The notes below the pieces were generated by a model. It saw nothing but the letters and a program-made list of their open reading frames with translations, was not told the origin of the DNA and searched no databases. From a virus (taxonomy: Duplodnaviria; Heunggongvirae; Uroviricota; Caudoviricetes): a stretch of DNA of 64,000 nucleotides. The stretch is from IMG/VR virus record IMGVR_UViG_3300028042_000001, positions 28,944-92,943 of that record; one strand, given 5' to 3'. Numbering within the stretch: position 1 is the first letter of the stretch; each line of letters starts with the position of its first letter. The position numbers and the translations under genes were made by a program. Of this stretch, positions 1-11,008 are shown piece by piece.

Positions 1-2
1 TA

Positions 3-1517
3 AAATATATAGAGCAATATTATTCTGCAAGGGGTTCTGAAAAATCATTTCAATTTCTTTTTAGATTATTTGAATATCAAGCAGATAAAGACCACGAATT
101 AGAATTTTATTATCCATCTTATGATATGCTTAGGGTATCTGATGGTAAATGGGTAAAAGAAAAAAGTTTAAAAATAATAGATCCTCCCGAAAATGTAATT
201 TCTTGGGAATCAGGTCAAATAACCGGGAACGATTCCAAAGCTATAGCTGTTATAGATGAAGTTAAGGTGTATGAATCTTCTTCAGGAATAAAAATAGCAG
301 AATTATTTTTAATAGAATTTGATATTATTCATAAACCTGAGAATTTTATTTGTGGAGAAACAGTTACTATTGTTACAAACGATATGATGACTTTTACTGC
401 TGTGACAGAAAATATATTTTTTAATATAAAAATAACTGATGGTGGTAAATATTATATTCCTAACCAAAGAGTTAGAATAACAAATAGTGGTGTAGGAGAA
501 GATGCTAGAGTTGTTATTAATTATACAGGTAAAGGGACAGTATCAAAATTCGGTATAGTTGATGGTGGAATAAATTATTTAGTAAATGATAAAATATTTA
601 CTCATGGTGATGATTTTGGATCAGGTGCTTATGGAAAGGTATCTGAAGTTGATGTAAATGGTTCTATAACTAAAATTAAGTTATTATTTGGCGGTCATGA
701 TTATAGATACTGCCAAAGTGTTATTATTGACAGCCAGAACGGAGAAAACGCAATTATTATGATGGATACTGATGATATTGGAAGGATCACCAGCACAGAA
801 ATAAGAGATTTTGGTATAAATTATATAGATGCAGAAACAACACTAACATTTAACACATCAATGAGAATATATAATGTAATAAAAGATGGATTTGTTGGAG
901 AAAGAATTGTAGGAAACACTTCTGGCGCTAATGGTGTAATTGAATATTGGAATAAAAAAACTGGTGTTTTGTCTGTTTATATCGAATCGGGACAATTTAT
1001 AGAGGGAGAAGTAATAACAGGACAACGATATGGAGGAGAAGCAACAATATATGAATTATCAACTGCTGTAGGTGTTATAGAAGAAGGTTGTTTATGCTCT
1101 TATAAAGGAAGATATATAAACAATGATGGACATATATCATCATTAAAATATATACAAGACTCTTATTTTTATCAAATGTTCTCTTATATGATAATGACTT
1201 CAAGAGATAAATCAGAATGGGCTGAATATGTAAAACATGTTCATCCTTCTGGAACTATAGGATTCTCATATAGAGATGTAGTTTCTCAATATATGAATGA
1301 ATCTTATGGAGGTTTTATAAGTCCTCATTTAGATACTACTGAATTTTATAAATTTAGGTGGAGTTCTGAACAATATCATGGTGGGCATATACGTAATAAG
1401 GGCAATACTCAAATAAAACAATATAAGAATATAATAATAGATGATATTGCGAACATAAATAATAATATAATAAACAAAACAGGATATTGTTTTGGATCGG
1501 AGATATCAATTTCATGA
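3..1517 (+). CDS. gp7: Baseplate wedge subunit, T4 gp7-like (5' truncated by window edge)
   Basis: Frame is open from nt 3 (KYIEQYYSARGSEKSFQFLFRLF), upstream of the ORF-track Met at 126. Contains the C-terminal motif DGHISSLKYIQDSYFYQMFSY. Directly precedes gp8. Confidence 0.8.
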   Translation, partial: KYIEQYYSARGSEKSFQFLFRLFEYQADKDHELEFYYPSYDMLRVSDGKWVKEKSLKIIDPPENVISWESGQITGNDSKAIAVIDEVKVYESSSGIKIAELFLIEFDIIHKPENFICGETVTIVTNDMMTFTAVTENIFFNIKITDGGKYYIPNQRVRITNSGVGEDARVVINYTGKGTVSKFGIVDGGINYLVNDKIFTHGDDFGSGAYGKVSEVDVNGSITKIKLLFGGHDYRYCQSVIIDSQNGENAIIMMDTDDIGRITSTEIRDFGINYIDAETTLTFNTSMRIYNVIKDGFVGERIVGNTSGANGVIEYWNKKTGVLSVYIESGQFIEGEVITGQRYGGEATIYELSTAVGVIEEGCLCSYKGRYINNDGHISSLKYIQDSYFYQMFSYMIMTSRDKSEWAEYVKHVHPSGTIGFSYRDVVSQYMNESYGGFISPHLDTTEFYKFRWSSEQYHGGHIRNKGNTQIKQYKNIIIDDIANINNNIINKTGYCFGSEISIS

Positions 1518-2836
1518 GCGCAACAATAACATTAAAATCTAGATTAGAAGAAGCTACAAAATATATAAAGGATAATTTTGATCCTACAGTAAAGGGTAAT
1601 TATTCTCATTTTTATACAGGAAGAACTCTTCCATGGGATGACGAATATTCTCCTAATATATCTACTTCATCAGAGAAAGAATTATATGATTCAAAATTCC
1701 AAAGAATATATCTCAAACAAATTAAAACAGAAGATACTATTCTTGCAATAAAAAGATTTGATTGGAAAAAGGATACAATATATTCAAGAGCTGATTTCAA
1801 TGTTGATTTTACTGATTATAGATCATGGGTTCATCCAGAAAGTCCATTTTATATTATTAATTCAGAAGGAAATGTATATAAATGTATCAGTAATAACTAT
1901 AACGGTGATTCTACAGTAGAGCCTATAGGTAAATCTGCTGGTTATATGTATCTAGGTGATGGATATGTGTGGAAATTCATGTTTGATTTATCACCAAATA
2001 TAAAAGATAAATTTCTTACAAAAACATGGATTCCTGTTCCTTACAAATCAGAAAACAAATCTACATCACATTTAGATACTGAAGCTAATGCTATTGATGG
2101 TGATATATCATATATTCATGTTGATAATGGAGGTGATAATTATGAAACAGCACCAATTATTGAAATAAGAGGAGATGGTACAGGGGCAGTTGCTACAGCT
2201 ATAATGACAGGAGAAAGTATTGATTATATACAACTATCTAATAATGGTACTGGATATACATATGCAAATATTCATATATTTGGAAATGGTAATAATGGTT
2301 CTGCAACAGCTATGATATCTCCTAAAAATGGTCATGGTTCTGATGCTAATTATGAATTAGGTTCGTTTTATGTGGAAATTACTACAGAATTGATAGGTGA
2401 TGAAGATGGTTTTGCTCCTATTAGTGGAACATATAGAAACATTGGTATAGTAAAAAATACAACAAATAAAACTGACATAATAAAAACTGAAGAAAAATAC
2501 AATACTTTATCTATACTAAATATAAGTGACTGTTCAGGAACGTATGCACCCAATGAAATGATAATAGGTGAATTATCCTATGCTCAAGGTATTGTATATT
2601 ATGATCCGTCAGGAGTAGATAAAAATATAAATGTATATATGATTGAAGGTAATTTTATAGATGGTGAAAATATACACGGTCAATCTACAGGTGAAGTTGG
2701 TATTTATAATGAAGTAGCAAGCACAATTACAGATGTTGATATTCTTAGTGGAGATATTATATATAAAGAGAATATCATTTTTATAACAAGAAGAGAAATA
2801 CAAATAGAAAAATTTGTATTTACAATCGAATTTTAA
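1514..2836 (+). CDS. gp8: Baseplate wedge subunit, T4 gp8-like
   Basis: Motifs YTGRTLPWDDE, IKRFDWKKDTIY, FYIINSEGNVYKCISN, DGYVWKFMF. ATGA overlap with the gp7 stop favours a start at 1514. Confidence 0.88.
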   Translation: MSATITLKSRLEEATKYIKDNFDPTVKGNYSHFYTGRTLPWDDEYSPNISTSSEKELYDSKFQRIYLKQIKTEDTILAIKRFDWKKDTIYSRADFNVDFTDYRSWVHPESPFYIINSEGNVYKCISNNYNGDSTVEPIGKSAGYMYLGDGYVWKFMFDLSPNIKDKFLTKTWIPVPYKSENKSTSHLDTEANAIDGDISYIHVDNGGDNYETAPIIEIRGDGTGAVATAIMTGESIDYIQLSNNGTGYTYANIHIFGNGNNGSATAMISPKNGHGSDANYELGSFYVEITTELIGDEDGFAPISGTYRNIGIVKNTTNKTDIIKTEEKYNTLSILNISDCSGTYAPNEMIIGELSYAQGIVYYDPSGVDKNINVYMIEGNFIDGENIHGQSTGEVGIYNEVASTITDVDILSGDIIYKENIIFITRREIQIEKFVFTIEF

Positions 2837-2846
2837 AGGAAATTAT

Positions 2847-5800
2847 ATGTTAAATTTTAATGTAGCCCCGTATTTTGATGATTTTGATAAAAATAATAAA
2901 TTCTACCGCATTTTGTACCGTCCTTCATATGCGGTACAAGGTAGAGAACTTACACAATCTCAATCGTTATTACAAGAACAGATTAAAAAATTTGGTGATC
3001 ATATATTTAAACATGGAGCGATGGTTTTGCCCGGACAAATAACATATGATCAACAAATATCATATCAAAAAATGGTATCAACATATGGAAATGTACCAAA
3101 TCAAATTGATATAGATCCTAATAACTTTCTTGGATATACTATTATTGGTGAATCGTCTGGTGTTGAAGGTGATGTTATTAATATATCTTCAAAAGATGAA
3201 ACTGATCCTTTAACATTTTATATAAAATTTAAAGATTCTGGAAATGATAATAAATCTATAGGTTTTTGGGATGGAGAAACTATTTTCAGAAAAGATGATC
3301 CTCAGATAAGAGCTATTATTGAAGGTGATCTTGATGAATTAGTTCCTACATATGAATCTACAGGAAAAGCATCAATGACATCCATAGATAAAGGTGTTTA
3401 TTATATCAATGGATTATTTATAGAAAATGATGCTCAATCTATTATTATTAGTAAATATAATCAAATACCTTCTTGTAAAGTTGGTTTGAGAGTGTATGAA
3501 TCAGTAATTACTCCTGAAGAGAATCTTTCTCTTAATGATAATGCTCAAGGTTCTCCTAATTATGCGGCTCCCGGTGCTCATAGATATAAAATCGAACTTA
3601 AATTAGAATATGTAAATGTAGAAGATAATACATCTGATGATTTTGTAATTCTTCAGATAATTGATAGAGGGGTTTTGACTAAAGAAATAAGAATAACTGC
3701 ATATAATGAATTAGAAAAAACATTTGCAAGACGTACATTTGATGAATCTGGGGATTATACTGTAAATCCTTTTGCAATAAGATTAAAAGAACATTTACGT
3801 AAAGAAGATTCTGATAAATATAAAGAAGGTGCTTTTTGGTTGGATGGAAAACCTACAAATGAAGTTGGTGTTTTTACTCTTCCTTATGGTGATGAATCTA
3901 AACTTGTCGCAGAAATGGGAGATGGTAAAGCTTATGTACAAGGTCATGAAATTAGAAAGATTTCAAAATCAAATGTTGAGATAGATAAAGGACGAGATTT
4001 TGAAGTTTCTAATAATTCTGTTACTAATTTTTCTCTTGGAAATTATATTAAAGTTGATAATATCCATAATATTCCTAGAATTGATGAGTTTGGAGAAATC
4101 CGATTATATAGAACAGTTTCTACTGCTGGAAATAATAATTCTGATCAGGTAGGAACAGCTAAAGTTAGAGCTATAAAACGATTTGGAAATATATCATACG
4201 TTTATATATTTGATATTAATATGATCGGTGTTTTTAATTTTGAAGATGATGTTAAATGGATTTATGATACTAATGGTAGTGGAACTAATAATTTCACATG
4301 TTCTCCTATTGTTGAAACTGGAAGTAAAATATATCTATATAAAACTGATAGAAATACTTTATTATTTCCTCTTCCTAACGGAACAATTAAAACACTATCT
4401 GTTAATGGTGAGGGTATTGATACAAATTATGCATCTTCAAGAGCATATTTTAATACTGGTATTGTAAGTAATACTGCTACTCTAGTTGCTAAAGATAATG
4501 AAGTGTTTCAACAAAACACAGAATCTTATTATATATCATATTCTTCAACCGGATTAACTGTTGCAAATCCTACATTTAATTTCACAGGATCTCCAATAGG
4601 AAAAGTTCTTGAAATTGGTAATTTAACATCTCCTGTTAATATAATTTCTCCGGTGACAAAAACTATTAGTACTCAAAAAACAAAATATATCCAAAGAGAT
4701 GTTTCTGTTGTTATATCAGTACCTAATAAAATACAAAATAAAAGAGATTATTTAGGAAAAGCGGATGTAACAACTATAAAAAATATTTTTATGTCTTCTG
4801 GACTTTCAGTATCTCCTACTATAAATGATGTTGATGTTAGAGATAGATACCAAATGGATACTGGTTGTAGAGATAATTATTATGATGTTGCATCTGTAAT
4901 CCTTAAAGGTGGAGAAAATGCGCCATCGGGACAATTAATGATAATTTTTGATCATTTCACCCATACAGAAGGAGATTATTTTTCTGTAGATTCGTATGTT
5001 GATTTAACATACGAAGAAATACCTGTTTATGATTCTAGCGAAACAGGAGACACCTATGCTCTTGCTGACTGCTTCGACTTCAGACCTAGAATGGCTGATG
5101 ATAGAAGTTCATTTACTGGCACTGGTGGATCTATATGCGAACTTCCTCAAGTTCTTAGTGATGTTCGATCTGATTATGAATATTATCTAAATCGTATAGA
5201 TTATCTGTATCTTGATTATACTGGACAGTTTATGGTTTCTAAAGGAATATCTGCTGTTAATCCTAAACCTCCTGAAAAACCAGAAATGGGAATGGTTCTT
5301 TATGAGATGTATATTCCTGCTTACACATTTAAACCATCTGATGTTAGTCCTGCTTATAAGGATAATAAACGTTATACTATGCGTGATATTGGTGATTTAG
5401 ATAAACGAATAGGTAATCTTGAATTTTATACAGCATTAAGTTTGTTAGAAAGAGAAACTGCATCTATGGAAATTCTTGATGAAAATGGATTAAATAGATT
5501 TAAGAATGGATTTGTTGTTGATCCTTTTGATTCTCACAAAATTGGTGATGCAACACATTCTGATTATAATTGTGCTATTGATCCAGAAAATAAAATAATG
5601 CGACCAAAATTCAACGATGAAAATATAGGATTGTTATTTGATGAAGAACATTCTTCTCATGTGCAACGCACTGGTGGTATTATTACATTACCATATAATG
5701 AAACTTCTATTAATAAACAATCACAAGCATCAAAATATGAGAATATAAATCCTTATGCTTTCCGTAATATATTTGGTAAATTAACATTTAACCCAGATTC

Positions 5801-8735
5801 TGATGTATGGCATGATAAAAAGAAACTCCCTACTTTGATAGTTAATAATTCTCCAAATTATGAGGCTCTTAAATTTATCGCTGATAACACACAAGATCTT
5901 AATGGTATAGAATGGGGAAGATGGAATGATGTTGGAGGAAGAAAAAATGTTAGATCTAGTTCTTCTAGTTCTTCTTCTTCAAGTGTAGTTTCTAGAAGAA
6001 GCACAGGTATATCTCATGATGATGGATGGTTGCAAAGAAGAACCACTACATCATGGAGTGCTACTACTTCTTGGAAACAAGACCAATCTCGTTCAGGAAT
6101 TGCTCAAACTCATAAAGATTCTAATGTTATGTCTAAAAGTTTAGGTGATCGTATAACTGAAGTTAATTATATCCCATATATGAGAAGTATTCCTGTTGTT
6201 ATAAAAACAGATCAAATGAAAAAGAATACTAAAGTATATCCGTTTTTTGATGAAGTATCTATGAGTAGTCATTGTGATCCACCATCAAAAAAGGAATACT
6301 GTACTCCTGCATCTAAAATAACATGCTCTTCTATTAGTGGTAATTTTAATACAAATGATTATTCAGAAGAACAAATTGAAGGACTATCAAGCGGTGCTAC
6401 AGCTATTGTAATGTATCAAACTGATAAATATATACTTGTTCTTAATATTGTAGGAACTTTTCAAAATGGTGAATCTGTAAAAGGAACTAAATCAGGAACT
6501 ATTTGTATTGTTTCTAATGTAGAACAAAATCAAAAAGGTGATCCTATTATTACAGGAGATTTTGGAGAAGTTGTTATAATATGGGATATTCCTAATGATG
6601 AAAATTTAAAATTTATGACAGGAGAAAGAGAATTTATTCTTACTGATCAGATTACAAATGCTGATCCTGTACATACTACTGCTAAAGGTATGTTTAAAGC
6701 ACATGGTATGTCTTCTAAACAAGAAGATACTGTTCTATCTACTAAGACTATCAAATTTACTAAAACACCAGTAAGACAGAATAGAACAGTAAATAGAAGT
6801 GTAACTCGTAGTGGAGGAGGTTCAAGTACTTCTGGATGGTTTGATCCACTTGCTCAATCATTTCTTATTAATGAATCAGGTGGATGTTTTCTTACTAAAG
6901 TTAGTATATGGTTCCAAAATAAAGATACAGAAGAATCTGTTGTTTGTGAAATTCGTAATATGGTTAATGGTTATCCTGATCAAATTGCACTTACTGAAAC
7001 TACAGTACATCCAAAAAATGTAAAAATTTCAGAGAGATTTCCAAATGAACCAACAGATTTTTATTTTCCAGAACCTATTTATCTTAAAGAAGGAGAAGAT
7101 TATTGTTTTGTTCTGAAACCAACTGTAGCTTCTGCATCATATAATGTATGGGTTGCTGAAAGTGGAAAGCTTGATTTAACTTCTGGTGATATTATCACAG
7201 GAAAACAATCTTTAGGATCATTATTCAAATCTCAAAATGCATCAACATGGACACCAAACCAAGACGAAGATATTATGTTTGAATTATCCAAGGCTGTGTT
7301 TGATATTAGTTCAACTGGATCATGTCAATTAGTGAATGATGTTATAAGAGAAGAATTATTAAACAAAAATCCTTTAGAAACACAACAAGGTTCTGAAAAT
7401 ATCCGTATATATCAACAAGACCATGGTATGACTGAAGGATCATTATATAGTATTTCAGGACTAATTGATGGAAATAACTATAATGGCTTTATGGGTTCTC
7501 AATTGAATGGTGTTCATACTGTAACAGATACAGAGATTGATTCATTTGTTATTGTTATTACAGGAACACAATCAACTGATACAGGACTTACAGGAGGATC
7601 TACAATTAAATCTATAAAGAATTATCAATTAGATGTAGCTCATCCTCTTGTGAATGAATTAATACTTGATGAAACTGGTGTTGATTGGAAATTACAAACA
7701 ACAACAGGGCGTTCTATTGATGGTAATCAAATTCATTATGTGTCTGAACCATTCATTGATATTATTAATAATGAAGATATTGATATGACAAAACCTATGC
7801 TTATTGCTTCTAAAGATAATGAAGATCATTATCTTGGTGGAGAAAAATCATTAAAACTTATAGGTAATATGTTTTCTCATAACACAAATATATCTCCTAT
7901 AATTGATGCTCAACAATATAATAAAGAAACTGAAAATGGTAGAGATATTTATTTTAATCAAAGTTCTTCTACATTAATTGCGGTTTCCAATAGAATAGAT
8001 TTTCCTTCTATTGGAACAATGAATATAGGAACAAATAGTATTTTCTCTATAGGAAATGGTGAAGATGAACTCAATATTAACCATACTAATCATGAAATGG
8101 GAACAGGATCTTTTATTTTTATAGAAGATTTTAACGATACTATTGTTGGATTAACTGAATTTAGTCCTAATGGTCTTCATGAAATAAGGGTTATTGATAA
8201 AGACCATTACCTTATTGATATGGGAGAGAGTGCTCCTAATGGATATTCTGGGTCAGGCGATGATATAAGTGGAAATAACGAAACAAAAATTGCTTTTTCT
8301 GAAACTCATTTTGTTTATGTTCCTGAAAATAGATCATTTGATTGTTCTGCATCATCAAGATATATGTTAAAACAGATAACATTAGCTGAACCTGCTGAGA
8401 ATTTTAAATTATTCTTTGGAGCGGTTAGACAACAAGACGCTGATATTGATGTTTATTATAAAATTAGAAGTCCTTATGAAGTAACAGAATGGAATGAAAT
8501 TAATTGGATCAGATTAGATTCTCCTGATGAAGATGTTGCTATATCAGAATCTAATAGTGATTTTAAAGATTATTCATTTACAGTTGAAATGGATAGTAAT
8601 GATCCTAATAAACCATGGAATAAATTAAATCCTCCAATTCCATTTAATGCTATTTCTGTAAAAATAGTAATGAAAAGCACAAATTCAACTCAAGTACCAA
8701 TCTTTCAGGATTTTAGATTGATTTGTACAACATAA
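2847..8735 (+). CDS. Large virion structural/baseplate protein (DUF4815/VrlC-like)
   Basis: N-terminus MLNFNVAPYFDDFD..FYRILYRPSYAVQGRELTQSQS, then NYAAPGAHRYKI, YTMRDIGDLDKRI..LEFYT and DPLAQSF, all typical of the ~2000-aa structural protein of T4-like phages. AAGGA RBS before 2847. Confidence 0.8.
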   Translation: MLNFNVAPYFDDFDKNNKFYRILYRPSYAVQGRELTQSQSLLQEQIKKFGDHIFKHGAMVLPGQITYDQQISYQKMVSTYGNVPNQIDIDPNNFLGYTIIGESSGVEGDVINISSKDETDPLTFYIKFKDSGNDNKSIGFWDGETIFRKDDPQIRAIIEGDLDELVPTYESTGKASMTSIDKGVYYINGLFIENDAQSIIISKYNQIPSCKVGLRVYESVITPEENLSLNDNAQGSPNYAAPGAHRYKIELKLEYVNVEDNTSDDFVILQIIDRGVLTKEIRITAYNELEKTFARRTFDESGDYTVNPFAIRLKEHLRKEDSDKYKEGAFWLDGKPTNEVGVFTLPYGDESKLVAEMGDGKAYVQGHEIRKISKSNVEIDKGRDFEVSNNSVTNFSLGNYIKVDNIHNIPRIDEFGEIRLYRTVSTAGNNNSDQVGTAKVRAIKRFGNISYVYIFDINMIGVFNFEDDVKWIYDTNGSGTNNFTCSPIVETGSKIYLYKTDRNTLLFPLPNGTIKTLSVNGEGIDTNYASSRAYFNTGIVSNTATLVAKDNEVFQQNTESYYISYSSTGLTVANPTFNFTGSPIGKVLEIGNLTSPVNIISPVTKTISTQKTKYIQRDVSVVISVPNKIQNKRDYLGKADVTTIKNIFMSSGLSVSPTINDVDVRDRYQMDTGCRDNYYDVASVILKGGENAPSGQLMIIFDHFTHTEGDYFSVDSYVDLTYEEIPVYDSSETGDTYALADCFDFRPRMADDRSSFTGTGGSICELPQVLSDVRSDYEYYLNRIDYLYLDYTGQFMVSKGISAVNPKPPEKPEMGMVLYEMYIPAYTFKPSDVSPAYKDNKRYTMRDIGDLDKRIGNLEFYTALSLLERETASMEILDENGLNRFKNGFVVDPFDSHKIGDATHSDYNCAIDPENKIMRPKFNDENIGLLFDEEHSSHVQRTGGIITLPYNETSINKQSQASKYENINPYAFRNIFGKLTFNPDSDVWHDKKKLPTLIVNNSPNYEALKFIADNTQDLNGIEWGRWNDVGGRKNVRSSSSSSSSSSVVSRRSTGISHDDGWLQRRTTTSWSATTSWKQDQSRSGIAQTHKDSNVMSKSLGDRITEVNYIPYMRSIPVVIKTDQMKKNTKVYPFFDEVSMSSHCDPPSKKEYCTPASKITCSSISGNFNTNDYSEEQIEGLSSGATAIVMYQTDKYILVLNIVGTFQNGESVKGTKSGTICIVSNVEQNQKGDPIITGDFGEVVIIWDIPNDENLKFMTGEREFILTDQITNADPVHTTAKGMFKAHGMSSKQEDTVLSTKTIKFTKTPVRQNRTVNRSVTRSGGGSSTSGWFDPLAQSFLINESGGCFLTKVSIWFQNKDTEESVVCEIRNMVNGYPDQIALTETTVHPKNVKISERFPNEPTDFYFPEPIYLKEGEDYCFVLKPTVASASYNVWVAESGKLDLTSGDIITGKQSLGSLFKSQNASTWTPNQDEDIMFELSKAVFDISSTGSCQLVNDVIREELLNKNPLETQQGSENIRIYQQDHGMTEGSLYSISGLIDGNNYNGFMGSQLNGVHTVTDTEIDSFVIVITGTQSTDTGLTGGSTIKSIKNYQLDVAHPLVNELILDETGVDWKLQTTTGRSIDGNQIHYVSEPFIDIINNEDIDMTKPMLIASKDNEDHYLGGEKSLKLIGNMFSHNTNISPIIDAQQYNKETENGRDIYFNQSSSTLIAVSNRIDFPSIGTMNIGTNSIFSIGNGEDELNINHTNHEMGTGSFIFIEDFNDTIVGLTEFSPNGLHEIRVIDKDHYLIDMGESAPNGYSGSGDDISGNNETKIAFSETHFVYVPENRSFDCSASSRYMLKQITLAEPAENFKLFFGAVRQQDADIDVYYKIRSPYEVTEWNEINWIRLDSPDEDVAISESNSDFKDYSFTVEMDSNDPNKPWNKLNPPIPFNAISVKIVMKSTNSTQVPIFQDFRLICTT

Positions 8736-8743
8736 ATAAAGAT

Positions 8744-8998
8744 ATGAATACTATAAAAGATTTTCAAAAAAAACCAAGTGGAGCTGTTGTAAATATAAAT
8801 TCAAACGATCATGCAAGAGCTAAGAAACGCAATTATGTCAAGAGAGTGCAGGATAATATGTTTGGTGCAGAGAATAAAGAAGGCGCTATTGATAAGGTAG
8901 TACGATATCAAGATCATGATCATAAATCAATCCGAGAATTAAAGGATGATATAAAAGAATTAAAAGCACTCGTAAATAAATTAGTAGGAGAAAAATAA
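8744..8998 (+). CDS. Small virion-associated hypothetical protein with coiled-coil C-terminus
   Basis: Follows the DUF4815 gene. SGAVVNINS motif and heptad C-terminus IRELKDDIKELKALVNKL. Confidence 0.6.
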   Translation: MNTIKDFQKKPSGAVVNINSNDHARAKKRNYVKRVQDNMFGAENKEGAIDKVVRYQDHDHKSIRELKDDIKELKALVNKLVGEK

Positions 8999-9882
8999 TG
9001 TCAGTAATTTTAGTATCATTATCCGATACATTTGATCAGTGGAGAAAAAAGACTAATGATATTTCTCTTATTATTGGTGATATCGATTATATGATATCAA
9101 ATGAATCAACAGTTATTAGAGCTGTTAATGAAAATTTTAATAATATAGGAGATCTTGATTCATTAAGAACTCAATTAAAAGACAATCTTGTTAATTCTAT
9201 TAATGAAATTGATTTACATACCGATACTAATTTTATTAGTATCGGTAATCTTTCAAGTTTAACAACATTAGATAAATCATCTTTAGTAAATGCAATTAAT
9301 GAATTAGATGGTGATATAGGTGATCTTGATAGTCTTAATACTAATAATACATCAAATATTGTATCAGCTATTAATGAAGTTGATCTTAATACAGACAATG
9401 TTGTGAATTCTATAGGTAATTTATCGAATCTAACTACAACAGAAAAAGGTACTATTGTAGGATCTATCAATGAAGTTGATTTACATACAGATCTGAATAA
9501 AATTGATATTGGTAATTTACCAAGTCTTATAACAACAACTAAAATAAATCTAGTTGCTTCATCAAACGAAATAAAAACACAAGCAAATACTAATACACAT
9601 GATATTGGTGATATGAATTTAAATACAGTTTCTACTGATTTAACAGAAGCTATTAATGAAGTTCATACAACAACACTTGGTATTGGTAATTTATCTAGTT
9701 TATCTACAGATTCAAAAACATATATTGTTTCTGCTATAAATGAGGTTGATTCTCATAGTGATATAAACACTTCTAATATTGGTGATATGACATCATTAGA
9801 TACAGATGATAAAACCTCAATTGTAAATGCAATTAATGAGTCAATAGAACTTTCTGTTGCTTTTGCAATAGCTCTTGGATAA
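8998..9882 (+). CDS. Fibre/whisker-like protein with IG(D/N)LxxLxT...IVxAINE repeats
   Basis: N-terminal SDTFDQWRKKTN, about 8-9 repeats of 25-32 aa, and a C-terminal AFAIALG motif seen in phage fibre proteins. Confidence 0.6.
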   Translation: MSVILVSLSDTFDQWRKKTNDISLIIGDIDYMISNESTVIRAVNENFNNIGDLDSLRTQLKDNLVNSINEIDLHTDTNFISIGNLSSLTTLDKSSLVNAINELDGDIGDLDSLNTNNTSNIVSAINEVDLNTDNVVNSIGNLSNLTTTEKGTIVGSINEVDLHTDLNKIDIGNLPSLITTTKINLVASSNEIKTQANTNTHDIGDMNLNTVSTDLTEAINEVHTTTLGIGNLSSLSTDSKTYIVSAINEVDSHSDINTSNIGDMTSLDTDDKTSIVNAINESIELSVAFAIALG

Positions 9883-9885
9883 TAA

Positions 9886-10641
9886 ATGGCTATTACTAAT
9901 ATAAATATATCAGATAATACAAATGCATCTGTAGATTATAAAAATAATAATAATACAACAAATCTATTATTATCAGATACTTCTACTATATATAATAAAT
10001 TTGTTGTTAATGAATCTGAAGATATCATATTTATAATTCATCCTACATTAAGGATATCGGATTATATTAAACGAATACCAGAAGAATTATTAGAAGTTAA
10101 TGATAGTTCAAGAATAAATGTTGATTTTAGAAATACTCAAAAAGAAAATATAGTAATTTCTGATTCTACTATTTCTCATTTACATACTATTCAGACAGTA
10201 AATGATTCTATTAATTTTAGATCTGAAGTTCGTGGTAATGTAATATATGGCCCAGATACATCAGCAAGCAATACAACCATAACAGATTCAGTTTTTGCAT
10301 TTATATCAAAACACTCTTCAAGAAACTTTAAAAATGCCATGTTTAATCTTCTTGGGACAACAGAAGAAATAATTTATACATGTGATGTAAAAAATACAAC
10401 AATTATTAATATTTCTTTATGTAATCGTACTTTAAATAACATTAATATTGATGTTTTATTATATAAAAGTGGAATTCCTATATATATAATGAAAGGTATA
10501 TTAGTAAAACCACATCAATCTTATGTTATAAATAATAATAGCGAAACAAATGTACAATTAGAAGGATCTGATGAAATAAGAATGATTACTGATACTGATA
10601 ATTCATCAGATATTTATATGGCTTTAATGGAACAATCATAG
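9886..10641 (+). CDS. Virion structural protein (tail-associated)
   Basis: C-terminal half (FKNA...IYTC...IINISLCNRT..L..SDEI) is paralogous to the next ORF. Confidence 0.55.
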   Translation: MAITNINISDNTNASVDYKNNNNTTNLLLSDTSTIYNKFVVNESEDIIFIIHPTLRISDYIKRIPEELLEVNDSSRINVDFRNTQKENIVISDSTISHLHTIQTVNDSINFRSEVRGNVIYGPDTSASNTTITDSVFAFISKHSSRNFKNAMFNLLGTTEEIIYTCDVKNTTIINISLCNRTLNNINIDVLLYKSGIPIYIMKGILVKPHQSYVINNNSETNVQLEGSDEIRMITDTDNSSDIYMALMEQS

Positions 10642-10651
10642 GAAAATAAAA

Positions 10652-10996
10652 ATGTCAATAGAATTTAAAAATAAAACAACACAAGGTATAGGAACTGGAT
10701 TTACTGAAGTTTATGCTTGTCCCGGAAGTGTTAATTCATCTGTAATTTTTGGTATGACTATTGCAAATGTAGAATCAACATCAATACCTATTACTGTAGA
10801 AGTTAGGATAGAAGATTTATCAGCAACTACATATACACATATTGTAGCACCAGATACACCGATAGAAGTAGGAGCATCACTTGTTCCTGCTGGTGGTGTT
10901 CAAAAAATAGTTTTAGAGCCGGGTGATAAAATTCAAGTTGCTTGTTCTGATGCAAGCGGAGCTGATGTTTTTATTTCAGCATTAGAACTTTCATAA
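10652..10996 (+). CDS. Small virion structural protein (FKN...VYxxP...IFGMTIAN family)
   Basis: Motif pattern common in tail-fibre-adjacent phage proteins. GGAAA RBS upstream. Confidence 0.6.
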   Translation: MSIEFKNKTTQGIGTGFTEVYACPGSVNSSVIFGMTIANVESTSIPITVEVRIEDLSATTYTHIVAPDTPIEVGASLVPAGGVQKIVLEPGDKIQVACSDASGADVFISALELS

Positions 10997-11008
10997 AAAG
11001 AGGAAAAA

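Noticed and set aside
5950-6000. Poly-serine/TCT microsatellite in the large virion protein
   Set aside because: Short, in frame and imperfect; looks like an ordinary flexible linker rather than a phase-variable tract.
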